A stretch of 64,000 nucleotides of DNA from Phycisphaerales bacterium (GTDB taxonomy: Bacteria > Planctomycetota > Phycisphaerae > Phycisphaerales > UBA1924): contig DAIQNV010000002.1 of NCBI GenBank assembly GCA_036788215.1, forward strand, positions 37,074 through 101,073, written 5' to 3'. This document shows positions 57,750-64,000 of this stretch, one piece after another. The notes beneath the pieces were generated by a model. That model was not told where the DNA came from. It was given only the letters and a program-made list of their open reading frames with translations, and did no database searches. How positions within the stretch are numbered: position 1 is the first letter of the stretch; each line of letters starts with the position of its first letter. The position numbers and the translations under genes were made by a program.

Positions 57750-57787
57750 TCCAAAAGGGGGGTGCGGGGGCGTCGCCCCCGCCTCCG
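57750..57787 (-). terminator. Putative rho-independent terminator downstream of the rluA-family operon
   Basis: Minus-strand GGAGGCGGGGGCG-A-CGCCCCCGCACCCC hairpin followed by CCTTTTGG. Confidence 0.5.
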
Positions 57788-57847
57788 CAAGCTCCGCGTG
57801 TCCACCACCCGCCGCTCCGCCCAAGCCACTTGTCGATGACGCTCGAT

Positions 57848-58141
57848 CTACGCCGGCCGCACGAGATCAAACGCCACCCGATACCAAGTCCACGCGTCTT
57901 CCAACGGTTCCCTGATCGCACAGCCCCATGGCAGGGAATCGACAAGCCACATCCTCAGTAGCTCATGTGCTGTCGACGCTCTTCCCGCGTCGATATCGGC
58001 AAGCATCGTTTGCAGCAACCGCTCAACAGACCGAAGCTGGTCCTCTCTGACACCTTCACGCGACGGCGCTGCATCGATGACAGCCGCGATGACCGCGCGA
58101 ATGACGAGCTTTGCCCGCTCCCTTTGGCCGGTCGTCGCCAA
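57848..58141 (-). CDS. Hypothetical 97-aa protein
   Basis: TTG start 9 nt after the RluA-family stop, preceded by a G-rich stretch. The translation looks helical and GC3 is high. No motif recognised. Confidence 0.4.
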   Translation of the reverse strand: MATTGQRERAKLVIRAVIAAVIDAAPSREGVREDQLRSVERLLQTMLADIDAGRASTAHELLRMWLVDSLPWGCAIREPLEDAWTWYRVAFDLVRPA

Positions 58142-58150
58142 GTGCCCCCC

Positions 58151-58897
58151 CTACTTCTCCGGCACCCCCAGCCCCAACCTTCCCAGAACCTTCTTCAAGT
58201 CCTTCGGCATCGGGCTCCGCACATCCAGCGTCTCCTCCGTCACCGGGTGCTCGAAGACCAGCCGGTGCGCGTGCAGGGCCACGCGCGTGTGCGCCCCCGC
58301 CACCCGGTTCGGCGAGTAGACCATGTCGCCCAGCAGCCCCGCCCCCACCGACGCCAGGTGCACGCGCACCTGGTGCAGGCGCCCGGTCACCGGGCGAGCC
58401 TCGATCAGCGCGCCCAGTTCGTTCGCCTCCAGCGTGCGGTACGCGGTCACCGCGGGCTTGCCGGCCCGGGCGATCCGGGCGAACTTCTCGGAGGTGTACT
58501 TGTCCTTGCGCTTCAGTTCCTCGATGATCGCGCGCTTGATCACGCCCTCGGTTTCGCGGGGGGTCTTGTGCACGATGGCCCAGTAGTACTTGCCGACCGC
58601 CCGGGTCTCGAACTCGGCCCGGAGCCCGTCGTAGGCGTTGGCGGTCAGGGCGATGATGACCAGGCCGCTTGTGTCGCGGTCGAGCCGGTGCACCAGCCCG
58701 AAATCCCGGGCCTTGCCCAGGTTCTGCAGGCGGTCCCCGTAGCGGGCGAAGAGCCCGTTCAAGAGCGTGTCGTGCTGGTGGCCCACGCCCGGGTTGGTCA
58801 CGACGCCCGCCGGCTTGTCGACGACGACGAGGTGCTCGTCCTCGTAGCGCACGCCGAAGGTGACCCGCTCATTCGCCTCGATCGAGAGCACGGACAT
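58151..58897 (-). CDS. RluA family pseudouridine synthase
   Basis: VVVDKPAGVVTNPG...GLVHRLDRDTSGLVIIALT catalytic Asp motif. No N-terminal S4 domain. Confidence 0.9.
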   Translation of the reverse strand: MSVLSIEANERVTFGVRYEDEHLVVVDKPAGVVTNPGVGHQHDTLLNGLFARYGDRLQNLGKARDFGLVHRLDRDTSGLVIIALTANAYDGLRAEFETRAVGKYYWAIVHKTPRETEGVIKRAIIEELKRKDKYTSEKFARIARAGKPAVTAYRTLEANELGALIEARPVTGRLHQVRVHLASVGAGLLGDMVYSPNRVAGAHTRVALHAHRLVFEHPVTEETLDVRSPMPKDLKKVLGRLGLGVPEK

Positions 58898-58899
58898 CG

Positions 58900-59730
58900 T
58901 CAGTTTCCCATCCCGTTGCGGGCGCTTGCCCCACCAGCCCCACTACCACCACCACCAGCACCACCGTTACCACCCCCACCGCTCTTGCAGGCCTCGTGGT
59001 CGAGGTACCAGCGGAGGACGCCGGCGAGGGGCCGGAGCGACTCGGGGGTGGCGGTCCGGGCGAGCCTGCGGACCGCGGCGCCGTGCTCGCCTATGCCCAT
59101 GACGCAGATGAGGCGGCTGGCGCGGACGAGGTTGCTCGTGAGGCTCAGGGCGGCATCGCCCGCGACGCGTGCGGGCTGGACGAGGCCCCGGTCGATGAAC
59201 CCCTCGTCGTGGACACCATCGATGGTGCCCCCCTCGTCGACGCCCAGGACGACGCAGTCGAGCCGGTCGTGGCCCTTCTCGCGCCAGGCGAGGGTCTCGA
59301 GGAGTTCTTTCTCGTAGCGGGCAGCGCCGTCGGGCAGGTGGGGGCGCATCGCGTGGACCTGGCGGGGGGGGATGCCGGCGTGGTCGCCCAGGAGGTCGCG
59401 GACGGTGCCGATGGTGCTGCGGTCGTCTTCCTCGGGGACCGCGACCTCGCTGGTGATCCAGAGGTGGGTGCGCTGCCAGGGGAGCTCGCGGTACTGGGGG
59501 TCGGTCATGAGGCGCATCGCGAGGCGCTGGGCGGCCCGCCCGCCGGACATGGCGAGGTGGAAGTCGCCGAAGGCGCGGACGCAGTTGCTGGCCTGTGTGA
59601 AGACATCCCCCGCGATCTCGTCGAGGAGGTCCTCGATGGTGGGACGGACGACCACGTCCCCCGGGAGCAGGGGCGCGGGGGGGGAGGTGGGCTCGACGAG
59701 CTCTGGCGGGGGATCACCCGGGAAGGACAT
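58900..59730 (-). CDS. pgl: 6-phosphogluconolactonase / glucosamine-6-phosphate isomerase family protein with Gly-rich C-terminal tail
   Basis: FHLAMSGGRAAQRL, WQRTHLWITSEVAVP and DCVVLGVDEGG pattern. Tail is SGGGGNGGAGGGGSGAGG. Start trimmed to the ATG at 59730. Confidence 0.7.
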   Translation of the reverse strand: MSFPGDPPPELVEPTSPPAPLLPGDVVVRPTIEDLLDEIAGDVFTQASNCVRAFGDFHLAMSGGRAAQRLAMRLMTDPQYRELPWQRTHLWITSEVAVPEEDDRSTIGTVRDLLGDHAGIPPRQVHAMRPHLPDGAARYEKELLETLAWREKGHDRLDCVVLGVDEGGTIDGVHDEGFIDRGLVQPARVAGDAALSLTSNLVRASRLICVMGIGEHGAAVRRLARTATPESLRPLAGVLRWYLDHEACKSGGGGNGGAGGGGSGAGGASARNGMGN

Positions 59731-59849
59731 CGTCCTATTGTGCCCGGCCCGACCGCCCCGAACCACCCGGGGGCCGGAATCCGGCCCGCCAGCCCACCCG
59801 AGCCCACCGCACCCCACCCCGCCCCGCCCCACCCCGGAGTCTCCCCAGC

Positions 59850-60893
59850 GTGCGCACGACCGCCCGGATCATCGACGCGAACGCGAACCGCTGCCGTGAA
59901 GGGTTGCGGGTGCTGGAGGACGTGGCGCGGTTCACGCTGAACGACGGGGCGCTGGCGGAGGAGCTGAAAAACCTGCGCCATGCGGTCACGGAGGGGGTTT
60001 CGGGGCTTTTGCCGACGGATCTTGGGCTGGCGCAGCGGGATGCGGAGGGGGATGTGGGTCGGGAGGTGTCGACCGAGGGGGAGCGGTCGAGGCCGGACCT
60101 GCGGGCGGTGGCTCGGGCGGCGGCGGGGCGTGTGGGGGAGGCTCTGCGGGTGCTGGAGGAGTGCGCGAAGGTTTCGGGGGGCGCGGGGGCGGGGTTCGAG
60201 GCGGTGCGGTACCGGGCGTACGACGCTGGGGCGCGGGTGGTGGGCTCGCTGGTGCCCCGGGCGCCGCAGTGGGCGCTCTGCGTGCTGGTCACGGAGTCCC
60301 TGTGCCGGCGTCCCTGGCTGGAGGTGGCGGAGGGATCGGTGGCGGGCGGGGCGGACTGCGTGCAGCTGCGGGAGAAGAATCTGCCGGTGCGGGCGCTGAT
60401 CGATCGGGCGCGGGCGCTGGTGGAGATGGTGGGCGGGCGGGCGACGGTGGTGATCAACGACCGGCCCGAGGTGGCGCTGCTGTCGGGGGCGGGGGCGGTG
60501 CACCTGGGTCAGTCGGACCTGAGCCCGGCGGAGGCGCGGGCGATCGCGGGGCCCGGGCTGGTGGTGGGCGTGAGCTGCTCCTCGGCGCCGGAGGCGGCGC
60601 GGGCGGTGCGGGACGGGGCGAGTTACCTCGGGCTCGGGGCGATGTTCGCGACGGCGAGCAAGGCGAACCCTTCGGTGCGGGGGCCGGCGTTGATCGGGGA
60701 GGTGATGAACGATCCCGGGGTTGCGAATATACCGCACCTGGCGATCGGGGGGATCGGCCCGGAGAACGCGGGGCAGGTGGTGCGGGCGGGGGCGCGGGGG
60801 CTGGCGGTGAGCTCGTGCGTGTGCGGGGCGGGGGACCCCGAGGCGGTCTGCCGGGAGCTGCTGCGGGTGGCGGGCGGCGCGGGGAGCCGGTAG
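59850..60893 (+). CDS. thiE: Thiamine-phosphate synthase with about 130-aa N-terminal extra domain
   Basis: GTG start. C-terminal ThiE core: GADCVQLREK, VVINDRPEVAL, GVHLGQSDL and IGGIGPENAGQVVRAGARGLAVSS. Confidence 0.85.
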   Translation: MRTTARIIDANANRCREGLRVLEDVARFTLNDGALAEELKNLRHAVTEGVSGLLPTDLGLAQRDAEGDVGREVSTEGERSRPDLRAVARAAAGRVGEALRVLEECAKVSGGAGAGFEAVRYRAYDAGARVVGSLVPRAPQWALCVLVTESLCRRPWLEVAEGSVAGGADCVQLREKNLPVRALIDRARALVEMVGGRATVVINDRPEVALLSGAGAVHLGQSDLSPAEARAIAGPGLVVGVSCSSAPEAARAVRDGASYLGLGAMFATASKANPSVRGPALIGEVMNDPGVANIPHLAIGGIGPENAGQVVRAGARGLAVSSCVCGAGDPEAVCRELLRVAGGAGSR

Positions 60894-60909
60894 CCCGTAC
60901 GATCTGGGC

Positions 60910-62130
60910 ATGCCGATTGAATACAAGGAACGGGTTCTTTCGAACGGGCTGCGCGTGGTGGGCGAGGTGGACGCTGCGGCGCACTCCGCGGCGGCGGGGT
61001 TCTTCGTGCGGACGGGGGCTCGGGACGAGGCGCCGGCGTTGATGGGGGTGAGCCATTTCCTCGAGCACATGATGTTCAAGGGGACGGAGAGCATCGCCGC
61101 GGACGCCTTGAACCAGCGGTTCGACGCGATGGGGGCGCGGAACAACGCGTACACGACGAGCGAGATGACGTGCTTCCACGCGCACGTGATCCCGGAGCGC
61201 GTGGGCGAGGTAGTGGACCTCCTTGGGCAGATGATGCGCCCGGCGATCCGCGAGGACGACTTCACGATGGAGAAGGGCGTCATCCTCGAAGAGATCGCGA
61301 TGTACAAGGACAACCCGTTCTTCGTGCTGTACGAGGAGACGATCGACCGGCACTACCGGGGGCACCGGCTGGGGCACCGGGTGCTGGGGACCGCGGAGAC
61401 GATCACGGACCTGAAGCGGGACGAGATGATGGGGTACTTCGTCGATCGGTACTCCGCGGACAACTCGGTCGTGAGCGTGGCGGGGCGTGTCGATTTCGAC
61501 GCTGCTTGCGAGCAGATCGATCGCGTGTGCGGGGGGTGGCAGGCGACCGGAGCGACGCGGGACACGGCGCGCCCCGCGACGGGGGCGGGCGGGTTCACGA
61601 TGACCGACGCGGGGCTGAGCCGGGTGTACATGCTCGGGCTGAGCCCGGCGCCGAGCGGGCAGGACGACCGGCGGTACGCCGCGGCGCTGGCGAGCCAGGT
61701 GCTCGGGGCGGGGGACAACAGCCGTCTGCACTGGGCGCTGATCGACACGGGGCGGGCGGATGAGGCGCAGGCGGCGTACGACGGGCACGACGGGTGCGGC
61801 GACTTTTTCGTCTACGCGAGCTGCGATCCCAAGCGGGCGGACGAGGTGTGGGAGACGCTGGTGAAGGAGGCGCGGAACCTGTCCGAGTCGCTGGACGAGG
61901 ACGACCTGGTGCGACTCCGCGCGAAGGTCGCGACGGGGGCGACGGTCGGGGGCGAGCGGCCCAACGATCGCATGCAGCGCCTCGGGCGCCAGTGGATGAC
62001 CAAGCGGCGCTATTTCAGCCTGGAAGAAGAGCTGGCGCTGATCAACGCGGTGACGGTCGCGGATTGCCGGGCGGTGCTGGCGGAGTTCCCGGTCGAGCCG
62101 ACGACCTGGGGGCGGCTGGGTCCGGGGTGA
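60910..62130 (+). CDS. M16 (pitrilysin/insulinase) family peptidase
   Basis: GVSHFLEHMMFKGT HxxEH motif, 406 aa. Confidence 0.9.
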   Translation: MPIEYKERVLSNGLRVVGEVDAAAHSAAAGFFVRTGARDEAPALMGVSHFLEHMMFKGTESIAADALNQRFDAMGARNNAYTTSEMTCFHAHVIPERVGEVVDLLGQMMRPAIREDDFTMEKGVILEEIAMYKDNPFFVLYEETIDRHYRGHRLGHRVLGTAETITDLKRDEMMGYFVDRYSADNSVVSVAGRVDFDAACEQIDRVCGGWQATGATRDTARPATGAGGFTMTDAGLSRVYMLGLSPAPSGQDDRRYAAALASQVLGAGDNSRLHWALIDTGRADEAQAAYDGHDGCGDFFVYASCDPKRADEVWETLVKEARNLSESLDEDDLVRLRAKVATGATVGGERPNDRMQRLGRQWMTKRRYFSLEEELALINAVTVADCRAVLAEFPVEPTTWGRLGPG

Positions 62131-62209
62131 GGCGTGGGGCGCGGCTGAGCACTCGGCCCGACGCGCCCTGCGGGCGGGTCGGGGCACCGTTCGCGTGCGA
62201 TCCCGGGAA

Positions 62210-63718
62210 TCAGGCGGCGAGCGTCGGGGTGAAGGCTCGGACGAGGTTGCCGCCTTCGCCCCGCGCCGCCTGCAGGGCCTTGGTCGAGGCTGCGGTGAGG
62301 CGGTCGGCGGTGCCATAGAAGTCGAAGGACTCGCCCTCGGCGCAAGCGATGCCGATCGAGACATTGATCACGGGGCCGGTGTCGCCGGGCTTGGCGTCGG
62401 GGAGCCAGTTGCGGGCGACCTTCTCGACGTGGGCGCGGAACTCCTCCGCGACGCGGGCGGCGTCCCCTCGCGGCGTTCCCGGGAGGATGACCGCGAAGGA
62501 GGCGGTGCCCAGGCGGCAGACGACGCCCCCGAGGGGCTCGAAGTGGTTGTTGAGGGTGGCGACGCAGGAGACGACCGCGTCGTCGGCGGCGGTGGAGCCG
62601 TGCAGGCGGGCGGTCTCGGCGATGCCATCGGCGGCGATGGTGACGAGCGCGAGCGGCTCGCCCTTGAGGTGCGCGTCGCGGAAGCTGGCGCGGACCACCG
62701 CGTCGAAGCCGATGCGATTGAGGGCCCCGGTAAGGGCGTCGGCGTCGCTCGACTGGATGATGCCCTCGAAGCGGTTGAGGGAGAGTGATTCGCGGCGCTC
62801 GCGCTTGGCGAGGTCGAGGAGGCGCTTCTGGGCGTCGTTGATGACCGCGTCGGTGTTCTTGTAGGTGCCGGTGTCGAGGCTGAAGAGGGCGGTGAGCTCC
62901 TTGGTGCCGGCGTTGATGCGCTTGAGAATCTCGTCGGACTGGGACTCGGTGATGCGGAACCACTCGCGGAGGCGCTTGTAGAAGACACGCATCGCGGGGG
63001 CCGCCTCGTCGGCGGTCAGCACATCGTGGGCGAGGTTCCCCGCGGCGACCGCCTTGGCGGTCTGGGCGTGCTCGCTGGGCGAGGCGGTGGGCTTGGCGTG
63101 GTAGCGGATCGGGATGGTGAGCTGGAGCGGGAGCTTCCACCGCTCCGCGAGCATCGCGCCGATCTCGGGGTGCTGCAGTTCGAGCGAGGCGAGCTCGGCC
63201 CGGCAGAGTCGGTTGTGGTCCTGACCCGCGTCCTGCAGGACGCTGACATAGTCGCGGTCGAGGGCCTTGAAGAGGGCGACCATGCCGATGTCCTGGAGGA
63301 GCCCGGCGAGGAAGGCCTCGTCGGCGCAGTTGAGCTCCGCGACCTCCGCGATCACCTTGGCCCCGACCGCGGTGAAGAGGCCCCGACGCCAGTAGCTCTG
63401 GAAGTCGAAGCCGTTGGCCTTGCTGGTGTCGACCGCGGAGACGAGGCTGAACCCGAGGGCGAGGGTCTTGACCGGCCCGAGGCCCAGCATGACGAGGGCC
63501 TTCTCGATGGTGGCGCAGGGCTGGCGAAGGCCGTAGAACGAGGAGTTGACCGTCCTCAGGATCTTGGCGGCGAGGCCCTGGTCGCGCTGGATAACTTCCG
63601 CGAGGTCGTCCATGCGGACCTCGTCGTTGCCCGTGAGCTCGATGACCTGTGCCGCGACCGCCGGCAGCGACGGGAGCGTGGGGCAGGCCAGCACATTCTC
63701 GAGCAGTTCTGAGTTCAT
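62210..63718 (-). CDS. HDOD domain protein fused to a degenerate GGDEF domain
   Basis: N-terminal HDOD: LPSLPAVAAQVIELT...LAAKILRTVNSSFYGL. C-terminal GGDEF fold begins DALTGALNR, with CRLGTASFAVIL in place of RxGGDEF. Confidence 0.85.
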   Translation of the reverse strand: MNSELLENVLACPTLPSLPAVAAQVIELTGNDEVRMDDLAEVIQRDQGLAAKILRTVNSSFYGLRQPCATIEKALVMLGLGPVKTLALGFSLVSAVDTSKANGFDFQSYWRRGLFTAVGAKVIAEVAELNCADEAFLAGLLQDIGMVALFKALDRDYVSVLQDAGQDHNRLCRAELASLELQHPEIGAMLAERWKLPLQLTIPIRYHAKPTASPSEHAQTAKAVAAGNLAHDVLTADEAAPAMRVFYKRLREWFRITESQSDEILKRINAGTKELTALFSLDTGTYKNTDAVINDAQKRLLDLAKRERRESLSLNRFEGIIQSSDADALTGALNRIGFDAVVRASFRDAHLKGEPLALVTIAADGIAETARLHGSTAADDAVVSCVATLNNHFEPLGGVVCRLGTASFAVILPGTPRGDAARVAEEFRAHVEKVARNWLPDAKPGDTGPVINVSIGIACAEGESFDFYGTADRLTAASTKALQAARGEGGNLVRAFTPTLAA

Positions 63719-63839
63719 GTCTTCAGGCCCTCATCGATCGGCGCGCACCGGGGGGCGCGTGCCCAGTCCTGCCACCGGTATCGGTTGGAGAGACAGCGGG
63801 GCTGAGGGGCAGCGGGCGAAACCGCCCCATCGGGCGGGC

Positions 63840-64000
63840 TCACGCGCCGCCTGCGCCGGTCCGGTCGAGTGCCGCGAAGAAGGCGGCAGCGCTGGCCGGC
63901 ACCCGCCCGATCCGGGTGGTCGCCCAGGCATGCAGCAGCCGGACCGCCCGGAGGACCGCGGGGGTGGGCGGATTTCCGGATGGAGTCTCATCGTCCTCCG
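63840..64000 (-). CDS. 3' end of an unidentified CDS (partial, runs off the window)
   Basis: Frame ending ...PAVLRAVRLLHAWATTRIGRVPASAAAFFAALDRTGAGGA* has about 88% GC3. It is not in the ORF track because it has no start in the window. Confidence 0.4.
   Translation of the reverse strand, partial: EDDETPSGNPPTPAVLRAVRLLHAWATTRIGRVPASAAAFFAALDRTGAGGA

Noticed and set aside
59731-59849. Possible TPP riboswitch upstream of thiE
   Set aside because: I saw no CTGAGA or ACCTGATCTGGATAATGCCAGCG-like conserved core. The 119-nt divergent region is a C-rich tract only.
59505-62364. 602-aa and 636-aa minus-strand ORFs
   Set aside because: They are antisense to thiE and the M16 peptidase. The translations are dominated by P/R/H/A runs.
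63731-63991. 86-aa minus-strand ORF from the track
   Set aside because: It translates to an RP-rich peptide. The overlapping frame that stops at 63840 has much higher GC3 and protein-like sequence, so I annotated that one, at low confidence.
1-64000. CRISPR arrays, transposases, integrases, prophage genes and classical defence systems
   Set aside because: No spaced direct-repeat arrays and no recognisable transposase, integrase, restriction or toxin-antitoxin motifs appeared in any plausible ORF. The only repeats seen are the 24-nt hairpin pair, the dockerin-like coding repeat and the low-complexity Gly/Arg coding tracts.

Overview
This is a high-GC (about 70%) bacterial chromosomal window. 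It most likely comes from a Planctomycetota, Phycisphaerae-like organism. That inference rests on a DUF1559/H-X9-DG prepilin-type protein, a PEP-CTERM protein, a GC-type dockerin-like tail, and ribosomal proteins with long low-complexity extensions.

The core, roughly 28-45.5 kb on the minus strand, is a nearly complete S10-spc-alpha ribosomal protein supercluster running rpsJ to rplQ, followed by pheS. Housekeeping genes fill 49.6-62 kb: ruvB, purA-uppS-cdsA, hemW, an RluA-family gene, a pgl-like gene, thiE and an M16 peptidase.

The left third is accessory. It holds:
- a GH/LacI/DUF1559 locus with a 1172-aa unknown protein;
- a two-partner secretion pair (TpsB/TpsA);
- several secreted metallopeptidases (M61, reprolysin-like, M28);
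- a four-gene operon ending in an Fe-S bacterial (6-4) photolyase/cryptochrome.

The most interesting locus is at 6.7-11.2 kb. A clear homologue of photoactive yellow protein (PYP, 128 aa) aligns without gaps to Halorhodospira PYP and keeps the chromophore Cys. However, Val, Gln, Gly and Val sit at the canonical Tyr42, Glu46, Thr50 and Arg52 pocket positions. It is translationally coupled to an unknown 110-aa protein. Upstream lies an overlapping three-gene operon: a HemN-like radical SAM enzyme, an HpaB-family flavin monooxygenase, and a truncated adenylate-forming-enzyme-like protein without a P-loop. No canonical tyrosine ammonia-lyase or full-length p-coumarate-CoA ligase is present in the window. 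I propose this as a candidate non-canonical PYP photoreceptor and chromophore system.

I saw no rRNA, tRNA, CRISPR array, transposase or integrase. All homology calls come from reading the translations and from remembered family motifs. No database search was run.
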